NCBI GenBank assembly: GCA_007375645.1
Contig: VMER01000001.1
Location: 209,211-273,210 of the forward strand
Source: Parcubacteria group bacterium LiPW_15
Lineage (GTDB): Bacteria > Patescibacteriota > Minisyncoccia > UBA6257 > 2-01-FULL-56-20
Length of the DNA: 64,000 bases
Direction of reading: 5' to 3'
Positions 19,534 to 28,381 of this stretch are shown here, piece by piece. Below the pieces are notes generated by a model. It searched no databases and was not told the DNA's origin. It saw only the letters and a list, made by a program, of their open reading frames with translations. Every line of letters starts with the position of its first letter. Position 1 is the first letter of the stretch. A program made the translations under genes and the position numbers.

Positions 19534-20724
19534 TCATCTTTTCCTGTTCAGAAGGAGTAGGGCGGAAATGACGAGTATCGCGCCAGAAGCCTGCCATGCG
19601 AAACCGATCGAAATATGTTTGGCAACATAGCCGCTTGCAACCAGTCCGATCATTCCTCCTACGTGATGGGAAATCGAGTCCAGAGAGATGAGCGTGGCGC
19701 GCTCCGCAGACGGAATATTGTTATTGAGATGCAGATTCTTCACCGGGCTGAAAAACCCGCGCGCGAACTCATGGAACATGAAGAATGCGATTGCCGGCCA
19801 GAAACTGCCGCAGAGCGCGGTTGCGAATATTCCGGCGCCGATCGCGATCTGGACCAGATTCAACGACTTTTCCGCGCAACCGATCTTTCTTATGAACCAA
19901 GGCGAGGCGGTTGCTCCAAGGATCGTCGCTATAGATATCCCCGCGAAGATAAACCCCAGATAGGTGTTCGAGGGAAGCAGATTTCCAAAGAATATCTGCC
20001 ACTGCATATTCGGCGCCTGCACGGCAACGAACTGCGCGAAGCCGGTAAGCAGAACGAACCTTACGACTCGATTGCCTCTGGCATATCGAACACTGGCCGA
20101 TACTGTTTCCGCCATCGCCCGCACATTCTTGGCAACAGAAAATGTTTTCCGCACAAAACCGTCTTCCTTCATATAAAAGACGGCAAGAATTCCCGCCAAG
20201 AATGAGGTGCTGCCCCCGACGATCCAAGGAAGCGAGGGATGCACGCTCGCCGCATATGCCCCGATCACGGAAGAGAAGATCGATACCGCGCTAAACAGCT
20301 GTTGGTCGCGGGTAAACACAATGTTTACCCCCTCGTCGCATCCTTGCTGCTTTAACCGATCAATGACCCAGGCCTGAAATGCGCCGCTCGCAAAAGTAGC
20401 GCCGACCGCGGAGATAACTTCCGCTAAGACAAATCCCCAGAATGTGTCGGTTATGGCGTATAGGAACATGCCGGCGGAGAACAACACGCAAGAAATGACG
20501 TACGATGCTTTCCGGCCGAACACGTCCGCGAAAGCCCCGGTCGGAATCTCGCAAACGAACAACGTAGAAAAGAAAAAGAAGTTCACCATGTTGATCTCTA
20601 GAAGATCCAAGCCCTTGGCCCTGAGGAATACCACATAGGTCGCGGCAATAAGTCCCATGCCAAAGGCAGAGACGGATTTGAGAATCAAGTAGTGACGGAT
20701 CGTCTGCCTAGCCTCGTGATTCAT
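19534..20724 (-). CDS. MFS transporter
   Basis: 396 aa, 12 TM, MFS signature. Confidence 0.85.
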   Translation of the reverse strand: MNHEARQTIRHYLILKSVSAFGMGLIAATYVVFLRAKGLDLLEINMVNFFFFSTLFVCEIPTGAFADVFGRKASYVISCVLFSAGMFLYAITDTFWGFVLAEVISAVGATFASGAFQAWVIDRLKQQGCDEGVNIVFTRDQQLFSAVSIFSSVIGAYAASVHPSLPWIVGGSTSFLAGILAVFYMKEDGFVRKTFSVAKNVRAMAETVSASVRYARGNRVVRFVLLTGFAQFVAVQAPNMQWQIFFGNLLPSNTYLGFIFAGISIATILGATASPWFIRKIGCAEKSLNLVQIAIGAGIFATALCGSFWPAIAFFMFHEFARGFFSPVKNLHLNNNIPSAERATLISLDSISHHVGGMIGLVASGYVAKHISIGFAWQASGAILVISALLLLNRKR

Positions 20725-21017
20725 AGCTTCCTCCTTTTCAAAGTGCTGTTGCTGAACAAAAAAACCTCGGCTTTTCGTTCAGCCGAGGTTTTTGAAAAAG
20801 TGTTTAGAAAATATGGTTATTTCCTGTTAAATACTTCAAGAATCGCGGCTGAATAAAAAGATTGGCCAAAAGAACCACAAAGGTAGACTTTCTGGTCGGT
20901 CGCAATATTCATATGACGATTCACTTTTACCATGGTTTGGATTTTAACATATACCAAAATACTGTCAAGTAGATAGCTCTCTTCGGTATACACCGTAGAT
21001 AACGTAAAAAATCTAAA

Positions 21018-21070
21018 TTGGTTATCCTCCCGATCTGTTGGCGCGCTTCCCCTTCTGTCGGTATTAAACA
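21018..21070. repeat. Degenerate direct duplicate of the typA 3' end (includes a stop-codon copy) on the far side of an inserted cassette
   Basis: Aligns at about 75-80% identity to 22145-22195 (ttatcc[c/t]ccc...gttggcgcgcttc...tcggt...aaa). Confidence 0.5.
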
Positions 21071-21119
21071 AAAAAACCCGACCTTTCGGTCGGGGCGCGA
21101 TTGCGAGAAAATAAACTGA

Positions 21120-22052
21120 TCAGAGAGGTTTGGCCTGAAGGAGCTTCTTAGCTTTCTCTCTCAGGTCTTCGGGGACGTCCTCATCATTGATGACGGCGAG
21201 GATATCCTCCTTATCGGGATCAAACTTCTTGAGCTTGTTGAAGGCTCCCCGCTTCAAGTCATCCGGAACGAACTTGTCCCGGAGAATGTCGAAAAGATAG
21301 CATTCGTCAAAATTGCGCTTTTTGAACTCCCTGAAGGCTCCCCGCTTCAGATCATCCGGAATGAACTGCCCACAGATGATGTCGAAGAGATCCTCCGTAT
21401 CGATATCACGCTTTTTGAACTCCCTGAAGGCTTTGCGTTTCAGATCATCCGGAATGAACTGTCCATAGATGATACCGAAGAAATAGCTCTCATAGGAGAA
21501 ACGAGGCTTCTTGAGCTCCTTAAGAGCTTCCCACTTCAAGTTATCCGGAACGGACCGTCCGCAGATAATGTTGAAGAGATTGTTTTCCCTAAGGTTGCAC
21601 TTCTTGAGCTCTTCGAAGGCTTCCAGTTTTAGATCATCAGGAACGGACTCTTCGTGGATGATATCGAGGAGACCGTTTATAATAATGCCACGCTTCTTGA
21701 GCTCCTCGAAGACTCGACGCTTCCAGGAAACATCGGGATGGTTCTGAAGGATCCAAAAAAGATCATCCGTCCGGAAGAACTGGAACATCTTGCCCCAGTT
21801 GGCGTCGAATCCCTCCTCGAGCTTCTTCCGGATCGGCTCCGGAAAGAGAGCGATATCCCAGAAACGGCGCTCTTCCTGTTCTCTCCCCACGCCTTGCTGG
21901 ATACCGTAGAAAGCACGAATTGCTCCGTGACCAAGGAAATCGATTCCTCGCGAGCTCTGAAGAACATCTTTCCCGTGCGAAGAGAAGACCTCCGCGTCGG
22001 TCAGGAAGAGAATCTCTCCCCGACATTCGATCCAGGAGACGAACTCACACAT
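21120..22052 (-). CDS. Tandem-repeat protein (about six 31-aa repeats, ...LFDIICGQFIPDDLKRGAFREFKKR...), high-GC cassette
   Basis: 310 aa; repeats visible in protein and as a 93-bp DNA periodicity at about 21150-21750; N-terminal 130 aa unique; own promoter and terminator (21073-21100). Confidence 0.65.
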   Translation of the reverse strand: MCEFVSWIECRGEILFLTDAEVFSSHGKDVLQSSRGIDFLGHGAIRAFYGIQQGVGREQEERRFWDIALFPEPIRKKLEEGFDANWGKMFQFFRTDDLFWILQNHPDVSWKRRVFEELKKRGIIINGLLDIIHEESVPDDLKLEAFEELKKCNLRENNLFNIICGRSVPDNLKWEALKELKKPRFSYESYFFGIIYGQFIPDDLKRKAFREFKKRDIDTEDLFDIICGQFIPDDLKRGAFREFKKRNFDECYLFDILRDKFVPDDLKRGAFNKLKKFDPDKEDILAVINDEDVPEDLREKAKKLLQAKPL

Positions 22053-22112
22053 GTCTCAAGACCCTCCCTTTCTCTCTATTCCTTCTTATTCGGTTGGAAT
22101 TGAACTGCCCGG

Positions 22113-22142
22113 ATTATACTAATTTTAGAGGAGGATGTCAAA
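22113..22142 (-). promoter_or_regulatory. Sigma70-like promoter (TTGACA-18-TATAAT) for the tandem-repeat protein gene
   Basis: Reverse complement reads ttgaca tcctcctctaaaattag tataat. Confidence 0.4.
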
Positions 22143-22146
22143 ACAA

Positions 22147-23967
22147 TTATCCCCCCGAACGGTTGGCGCGCTTCTCGTCTATTTCGGTCAAATAAATTTT
22201 GCGCATCCGGATGGATTTCGGGGTCACCTCCACCAATTCATCATCCCCGATATATTCCAAAGAATCTTCAAGCGATAAGGTGCGCGGAACTTTCAAAAAT
22301 TCCATTCCGCCCACGCCCTTGGAGCGCATGTTGGAAAGCTGTTTTTCTTTGCAAACGTTCACACGGATATCCATTGCTTTGGCGTTCTGGCCCACGATCT
22401 CTCCTTCGTAAACTTCAAGGCCAGGACTGATAAAAAGTTCTCCCCTGTCTTCGGAACCCATCATTCCGTAAGCGCGGGTGATACCGGACTCGGAAGCAAC
22501 CAGACTTCCGTGCGGGTTGGATTCAAAGTCCCCCTTATATTCTTCGTAATCTTCAAAAATGGAATTCATTATTCCCATTCCTTTGGTCTTGGTCATAAAT
22601 ATAGTGCGCAACCCGATGAGGCCCCGGGTCGGCACCAAAAAGTCCATATAGGCCATGCTGTTTTCCACGCGCATGTCTTTCATGTTGCCCTTACGCTTGC
22701 CCATCTCTTCGATGACCACGCCGGTCGCGTCTTCCGGAACCTCCACGGACAAAACTTCCATCGGTTCAAGTTTCTTTCCGTTCTTCTCGTGGAAAATAAC
22801 CTGCGGACGGGATACCTGGAATTCATAACCTTCCCGGCGCATCTTTTCGATAAGGATGGAAAGGTGGAGTTCGCCGCGTCCGGCAACTTCCCAAGTATCA
22901 AAGGTGTCGGTCGCGTTCACGCGCAAAGCCACGTCGGTATCTACTTCCTTGGCCAAACGCTCGGCCAAGTGCCTGGAGGTCACAAATTGGCCTTCCTTGC
23001 CCGCGAACGGAGAATTGTTAACCATAAAATTCATTTTCACGGTCGGCTCTTCAATATCTATGGTCGGAAGCGGCTGCGGATTGTCTTTGTCGGTGATAGT
23101 CTCGCCGATAGAAACATCCGTGATACCCGCGATAGCTACAATGTCTCCCGCGGTCGCTTCGTCCACATCCACACGCGCGAGTCCGTCAAAAAGCATCACG
23201 TTCGTGAGCGACGCTTTTTTGGTCACGCCGTCGCGGCCGATGTGCGCGACTTCTACGTTCTTTTTAAGAGTTCCGGAATAAAGCCTGCCGATGGCGATCT
23301 TGCCCTTATAGTTGTCGTAAAAAAGATTAACGGTGAGCATCTGAAGGGGCTTGGTCTCATCCACTACCGGAGACGGAATATATTTTATTATCGTATCGAA
23401 AACCGGACGGATATCCGTCATCTCCGAGAGCTCGTGCGCATAACCGGCTTTCCCTTGCGCCCCGGAAGCGTAAACCACCGGAAACTCCGCCTGCTCGTCG
23501 GAAGCGCCAAGCTCGATGAAAAGATCGAAAGTGCGCTCCAAGGCCCAGTTCGGACGGGCGCCGGGCTTATCAATTTTATTTATAACTACGATAACTTTGT
23601 GTCCGGCCTGAATAGCTTTTTTTAAAACGAATTTGGTCTGCGGCATTGGACCCTCTTTGGCATCCACCAAAAGCAAAATACCGTCCACCATGCGCATAAT
23701 GCGCTCCACTTCTCCGCCGAAATCGGCGTGGCCCGGGGTGTCCACTATATTTATCTTGATTCCCCCGTAGTGAACCGCGGCATTTTTGGAAAATATGGTG
23801 ATTCCCCGCTCTCTTTCGAGTTCGTTGGAATCCATAATGAGCGTGTCATCGGCGCCGGTCTTCAATTTAAAATCCGCGGACTGCTTCAAAAGAGCATCCA
23901 CGAGAGTGGTCTTGCCGTGGTCAACATGGGCAATTATTGCGATGTTTCGTATGTTTTTTGGGTCCAT
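22147..23967 (-). CDS. typA: Translational GTPase TypA/BipA
   Basis: G-domain [21 protein letters not shown]; EF-G-like domains; start chosen at [10 protein letters not shown] (the ORF track extends 22 codons upstream without a stop). Confidence 0.93.
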   Translation of the reverse strand: MDPKNIRNIAIIAHVDHGKTTLVDALLKQSADFKLKTGADDTLIMDSNELERERGITIFSKNAAVHYGGIKINIVDTPGHADFGGEVERIMRMVDGILLLVDAKEGPMPQTKFVLKKAIQAGHKVIVVINKIDKPGARPNWALERTFDLFIELGASDEQAEFPVVYASGAQGKAGYAHELSEMTDIRPVFDTIIKYIPSPVVDETKPLQMLTVNLFYDNYKGKIAIGRLYSGTLKKNVEVAHIGRDGVTKKASLTNVMLFDGLARVDVDEATAGDIVAIAGITDVSIGETITDKDNPQPLPTIDIEEPTVKMNFMVNNSPFAGKEGQFVTSRHLAERLAKEVDTDVALRVNATDTFDTWEVAGRGELHLSILIEKMRREGYEFQVSRPQVIFHEKNGKKLEPMEVLSVEVPEDATGVVIEEMGKRKGNMKDMRVENSMAYMDFLVPTRGLIGLRTIFMTKTKGMGIMNSIFEDYEEYKGDFESNPHGSLVASESGITRAYGMMGSEDRGELFISPGLEVYEGEIVGQNAKAMDIRVNVCKEKQLSNMRSKGVGGMEFLKVPRTLSLEDSLEYIGDDELVEVTPKSIRMRKIYLTEIDEKRANRSGG

Positions 23968-24245
23968 AGTAGTCTTGATTTTTAATTCGCGAACGTTGAC
24001 GGGAAGGGGGTCGGGGAAACGGGAGCCCGCCACAGCGGGCAGAAGCTATATAATCCATCCGCTAAAGCGAATGGTGGCCGTGTAGGAAACTTACTCTCAA
24101 TTGGCAGCGAGGAGAAAATAGGTATTAGATATTTTATCCGAGCGAACCAATTGACAGCTCGCTGTCTAACCGAGAGGTTGTGAGGGAGCGAAGCGACGTC
24201 TAGGTGCGCGATTATTGCGATATTTCGTATATTTTTGGGATCCAT
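23968..24245 (-). repeat. About 215-bp GC-rich structured insert bounded by an imperfect duplicate of the typA 5' end (ATGGATCCCAAAAATATACGAAATATCGCAATAATCGCGCAC)
   Basis: 24200-24245 on the minus strand is about 86% identical to the true typA start at 23925-23967; the insert contains several stem-loops (GGCAGCGAG...CTCGCTGTC, CCATCCGC-TAAA-GCGAATGG). Confidence 0.5.
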
Positions 24246-24316
24246 GTGATAAAAAAATGGCGCTTGGCCAGTTAGAACTTCATCTGTGCGTTAGATTATG
24301 CGCTATATTTGTCGAT

Positions 24317-24346
24317 TTGACAAGGGATAGCCGGAAAATCTATACT
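24317..24346 (+). promoter_or_regulatory. Sigma70-like promoter (TTGACA-18-TATACT)
   Basis: Sequence match; 57 nt upstream of the 24404 start. Confidence 0.4.
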
Positions 24347-24403
24347 TGCGCTCAGCAGACAAACACAATCCGACAAATTCCTGTCCGAAAGGAGAATGGG
24401 ACC

Positions 24404-24751
24404 ATGCCCAAGCGCATCCTGAACATTCTGAAACAGCGCAACGCGTTCCGGGCCCTGCTTCCCGAGGTTCCCGAAAAGAGATCGGGAAAGCTCCGAGTCT
24501 TCCTGAACAACGAGTTCGACACGACGAACCCGCTCGACAAGGAGGTCTTCGTCTCTTTGGTCGAGGAAGCCGCGAACCGCACCTTCGCGTCGAAAGAGCG
24601 CGAGAAGATCTTCGCCTTCCTGCGGCTCCGCGAAGGCTCGGGCGATATGGGCAAGAAGAAGCTCATCCGGTTCATCCGCGAGTCGATCTTCGCTTCCGAC
24701 AACACCGACACGATGTTCGGAAAGAACATCCTGCGCGGCATGCTTCCGTAA
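24404..24751 (+). CDS. Small hypothetical protein (115 aa, high GC)
   Basis: AAGGAG RBS 8 nt upstream of ATG (MPKRILNIL); the ORF track shows a longer 24215 form lacking an RBS. Confidence 0.5.
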   Translation: MPKRILNILKQRNAFRALLPEVPEKRSGKLRVFLNNEFDTTNPLDKEVFVSLVEEAANRTFASKEREKIFAFLRLREGSGDMGKKKLIRFIRESIFASDNTDTMFGKNILRGMLP

Positions 24752-24761
24752 GGAGACCCCG

Positions 24762-24968
24762 ATGGTGACAATCGCTCAAAAGCTCGCAAAGACCTTCGCG
24801 GCGGCAGAACGGAAGGACCTCGAAAGGTTCATCAGCTACTTCTGCACGCTCGCGGAGAAACGCAAGGAAGACACGATTGCCTCCGTCATCCTCAATACCA
24901 CGAGCGCCGCCCTGCGGATGAAGAACCGAGAAGAGGCTACCCGTCTCCGCAGGAAGTCGAAGCGCTAG
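24762..24968 (+). CDS. Small basic hypothetical protein (68 aa, high GC), operonic with 24404
   Basis: GGAGA RBS; 10-nt gap to the upstream gene; terminator follows. Confidence 0.45.
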   Translation: MVTIAQKLAKTFAAAERKDLERFISYFCTLAEKRKEDTIASVILNTTSAALRMKNREEATRLRRKSKR

Positions 24969-24989
24969 CTCCTACAAGAAACGAAATCC

Positions 24990-25020
24990 GCCCTCGGCAA
25001 CCCGCCGAGGGCTCTTTTTA
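24990..25020 (+). terminator. Intrinsic terminator (GCCCTCGGC...GCCGAGGGC plus T-run)
   Basis: Perfect 9-bp stem followed by TCTTTTT. Confidence 0.55.
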
Positions 25021-25030
25021 TCCAACGCAA

Positions 25031-25489
25031 CTAAAATTTCTTGATGGGCGGGTAAAAATCTCTGTCTATGGTTCGCGCAAAACAATAATCTCCAACAGGG
25101 TGATCCCAAGAGCCGGCCATAAGACCGGTCGGCTTAGCGTCATAGGGCGCAACAGATATGGGCGTGGACAGCTTATATTCCTTCGCGAACTTGGCGCAAA
25201 GTTCGAAGCTCAAATCACCCGTTGTCTTATACGAATACGCCGCGCCTGTTTCCGGATCTACCGGAACATAAACTCCGCGGGTCGAATCAACTAATCCCTC
25301 AAGAGTCGCGGGTAATTTTTGCTTGCCTTGCCAATAGTAAATTATCTGGGATTGGAGATTTTGAAGATCGCTTATTCTCTGATCGTCCATTCTCTGCATC
25401 TTAGCGGCCCCCGGACCGCCGATGCTCCAAAGTCCGAAAATTATCACTATTGCAACCAACCCTACAAAAAGATAGCCGAGTTTTTTCAT
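25031..25489 (-). CDS. Hypothetical membrane-anchored protein
   Basis: 152 aa; N-terminal TM. Confidence 0.55.
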   Translation of the reverse strand: MKKLGYLFVGLVAIVIIFGLWSIGGPGAAKMQRMDDQRISDLQNLQSQIIYYWQGKQKLPATLEGLVDSTRGVYVPVDPETGAAYSYKTTGDLSFELCAKFAKEYKLSTPISVAPYDAKPTGLMAGSWDHPVGDYCFARTIDRDFYPPIKKF

Positions 25490-25492
25490 TTT

Positions 25493-26014
25493 TTAGATAT
25501 GCGCTTCTTCTTGTTTTTCCGCCGCCCTTATGTCCACCAGGTAATAGTAGAAAACGCCGCCGGCCACAATGAGTATTGAAGCCGCCTTCAAGATAAAGGA
25601 TATCGGCGGAAATCCATCCAAAAATTTATTTATCGTCGCGATCAGATCCCCCGCCAAGGTAATGGCGGAAATAAAAAGTGTGAGATATACGAGCCACTTT
25701 CGAATGCGCAGATGTTTTTTGTCCGCATCCTTTTCGTACTGCTTATGAAGATAATTGTTGAGATAGAGGAAAAGCGGGAAAAGGACCACCAGGCTCGAGA
25801 TAGCAAACCGGATGGTGGAATCCGCAAAATTAGTCGGAGAATATCCGTAAGCATTTAAAGTTTCCGGAAAATATTTATCCACGAGCTCAAAAACCAGCAC
25901 GAGAAAACTGACCGCCGAATAATACAGGAGGCCCACCGTAAAAAGATGCAGGAAAAAGTCCTTAGGCGACGCTTTTTTTAGTGATTTGCTGTCCGTTTGT
26001 GTTATTTGTTCCAT
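25493..26014 (-). CDS. Hypothetical integral membrane protein
   Basis: 173 aa; about 4 TM. Confidence 0.55.
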   Translation of the reverse strand: MEQITQTDSKSLKKASPKDFFLHLFTVGLLYYSAVSFLVLVFELVDKYFPETLNAYGYSPTNFADSTIRFAISSLVVLFPLFLYLNNYLHKQYEKDADKKHLRIRKWLVYLTLFISAITLAGDLIATINKFLDGFPPISFILKAASILIVAGGVFYYYLVDIRAAEKQEEAHI

Positions 26015-26182
26015 TTCCGAATTATAACATTTTTCGCGCCACCCGTTTGCTATACTTTAGATATAAGTCCTGCTAGAAGCCGTGATCAAGCTTCCTTCCG
26101 GGATATAACCAAAAATAAAAATTAAGTCGATTAAATAAACAAAAAATGCGGATTGATCTGATCGCGATCCGCTTCTAATGGG

Positions 26183-26962
26183 ATGAAAAACAAAATATTA
26201 ATCATCGCCGGCGTGGTGGCTTTGATCGTCATTGCCGTGCTTGTACTCAACTGGTCGAAAACGATGGCGCCGACAGGAGAGGTGCCGGCCGGTGGTACGG
26301 GAACCACGGGCGGTGAGCAATCAGCGCCGACGGGAGGAACCGGCAATACTACCGGAAAATCCCCCACCCCTATCGTCAAATCCGCCATAACCGTTACCGC
26401 GCCCCTTGCCGGCGCCAAATGGGAGATCGGCAAACTGAATACTATTTCCTGGAGCCGAGCCGCGGGAGTCACGGGAATAATCTATCTCATGTCCGCAGCC
26501 GGACAAAGCATCGGTGTGATCTTACCGACCTTTGGCCCCGATCAGACTTCCTATAACTGGGATACGACCTATGTTTCCGTTTCCGCGACCAATGCTTCGA
26601 GAATTAACGTAACACCAGGCGACTATAAAATCCGTCTGGCATTTTCCGGAAACAATTTGCCGGTCACAGATAGCGGCGTCATCACTCTTTTGCGCTCCGG
26701 CACGCCGGAAGCCGTAACCACGGTTCTGATGCAAAATTACGCTTTTGTACCGAATAATTTCACGGTTTCCAAGGGACAAAAAGTAACCTTCACCAATAAA
26801 GATTCGGTTCAGCACCATCTCGCCGTAACCGCAATTCTAAATTCCATGCCTCTCAACCCGGGAGAATCCTATATCCTGGATACTTCTTCGATGAAGGCCG
26901 GAACTTACAATATCTACTGCGACCTGCATCCGGATATGGTTGGGAAAATTACCGTAAAGTAA
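26183..26962 (+). CDS. Membrane-anchored cupredoxin (plastocyanin/azurin-like blue-copper) domain protein
   Basis: N-terminal TM, Gly/Thr-rich linker, C-terminal ...YNIYCDLHPDMVGKITV (Cys-x2-His-x2-Met type-1 copper ligands). Confidence 0.7.
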   Translation: MKNKILIIAGVVALIVIAVLVLNWSKTMAPTGEVPAGGTGTTGGEQSAPTGGTGNTTGKSPTPIVKSAITVTAPLAGAKWEIGKLNTISWSRAAGVTGIIYLMSAAGQSIGVILPTFGPDQTSYNWDTTYVSVSATNASRINVTPGDYKIRLAFSGNNLPVTDSGVITLLRSGTPEAVTTVLMQNYAFVPNNFTVSKGQKVTFTNKDSVQHHLAVTAILNSMPLNPGESYILDTSSMKAGTYNIYCDLHPDMVGKITVK

Positions 26963-26972
26963 GCTGAACATA

Positions 26973-26998
26973 CCCGGACAGTCCATGGACTGTCCGGG
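26973..26998. repeat. Perfect palindrome CCCGGACAGTCCATGGACTGTCCGGG (terminator-like; a second family member lies at 35618..35645)
   Basis: Seen directly; related copy CCCGGACTAGTCCACTGGACTGTCCGGG at 35618. Confidence 0.5.
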
Positions 26999-28381
26999 TT
27001 ACTCGAAAAACCTTTTCCCTCTCACCCGCTTATGATAAGTGATGGCAAAGCGATGAGCCTCGTCCCGCACTTTGGTTAGCGTGTTTTTGTCGATTCCTCT
27101 GGGAACGATGCCGATTATGTCCGTCCGCTTCCTATCCGGCCCCTTAACCATGCCAATGACCGGGATGCGCAAACCGTTCTCGTCCAAAACTTTTTTAACC
27201 GCGTTTATTTGTCCCGCTCCGCCGTCAACCAGGATAAGTTCGGGCAAGGGCCAGGAGTTTCCGAGACGCCGGCGGATGACTTCTTTCATCATCCCCACGT
27301 CCCCTCCTCCACTCTTAAGCGCGGAGCTACGGAGGGCAGGATTGGGTTCGGAAAAATTCTGAATCTTAAATTTCCGATATTCGTTCTTATCCGGTTCGTT
27401 TCCGGCGAAAACCACCATAGAGCCTACCGCGGACTCCCCGGAAATGTTTGAAATGTCATAACCCTCGATTCGGACGGATGACTTACTCTCTACGCTCGGC
27501 AACAGAGAATCTTCTTTTATGAGCGCGACGTCCTGAATGTGTTGTAACGCAAAGAGCTGTCTCTTTAATCTCTCCGCCTCTTCAAATTCCAGCTTTTTGC
27601 CGGCTCGGATCATTTCTTTCTTCAGATTTTTTATAAGTTTCTCTTTTTTGCCGGCGAAGAACATTTTTAACTTCCCGATGCGTTTTTTGTAATCCGCGCT
27701 CGTTATCGCACCGATACAGGTGCCGGGACAAAGCCCTATTTCATATTCAAAACAGGCGCGTTTGAACTTCGCGTCTTTGGGGTGTATTGACCACGGGAAA
27801 ATCTTTCTCAAGATTCTCATAGCCTCTTTGAGCGCAGAAGCAGACGTGAACGGGCCGTAAGTGGCGCTTCGATTTTTTCCTTTGCCCTCTCGAACCTGCC
27901 TGCCGGCAGGCAGGGCTTCAGCGGAGTAGGGTCGGGCCAAAAGATCCTTGCCACGGACCAAAAGCACCCGCGGGAACTTTTCTTTGGTAATTTCCACATA
28001 CAAAAAACTCTTGTCGTCTTTTTCGAGGACATTATATGGCGGTTGGATTTTCTTAATAAGTTCCGCCTCGAGTATCAACGCCTCTATCGCCGTATCCGTA
28101 TTCCGCGTTTCGATATCGCGGATCTCCCCTACCATTTTCTGAATACGGGGAGCGTGCCTACCCTCCGAAGCCTTACCGCGCCCTCCGAAACCTTGCGTGG
28201 AGGATGGGGCGAAGGAGGGGGGACGGTTAAAGTAGCTCGAAACCCGGCGCTTTAAATTCGCCGCTTTGCCAACATAAAGGATCGCGCCCTTTGCATCTTT
28301 CATTAAGTACACGCCCGGAGTGTCCGGCAAATCCCCACACCTATTGAAAAAATTTGTATTGTTTGGTTTATATCTAGCCAT
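26999..28381 (-). CDS. uvrC: Excinuclease ABC subunit C (UvrC; compact form with a low-complexity insert)
   Basis: GIY-YIG N-terminus (GVYLMKDAKGAILYVGKAANLKRR), UvrBC-interaction and endonuclease regions. Confidence 0.88.
   Translation of the reverse strand: MARYKPNNTNFFNRCGDLPDTPGVYLMKDAKGAILYVGKAANLKRRVSSYFNRPPSFAPSSTQGFGGRGKASEGRHAPRIQKMVGEIRDIETRNTDTAIEALILEAELIKKIQPPYNVLEKDDKSFLYVEITKEKFPRVLLVRGKDLLARPYSAEALPAGRQVREGKGKNRSATYGPFTSASALKEAMRILRKIFPWSIHPKDAKFKRACFEYEIGLCPGTCIGAITSADYKKRIGKLKMFFAGKKEKLIKNLKKEMIRAGKKLEFEEAERLKRQLFALQHIQDVALIKEDSLLPSVESKSSVRIEGYDISNISGESAVGSMVVFAGNEPDKNEYRKFKIQNFSEPNPALRSSALKSGGGDVGMMKEVIRRRLGNSWPLPELILVDGGAGQINAVKKVLDENGLRIPVIGMVKGPDRKRTDIIGIVPRGIDKNTLTKVRDEAHRFAITYHKRVRGKRFFE

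Noticed and set aside
20817-21071. 84-aa minus-strand ORF in the MFS/repeat-protein intergenic region
   Set aside because: No RBS, low-complexity AT-rich translation, and it overlaps the terminator and typA 3' duplicate; likely non-coding.
22510-23625. 371-aa plus-strand ORF
   Set aside because: Antisense to typA.
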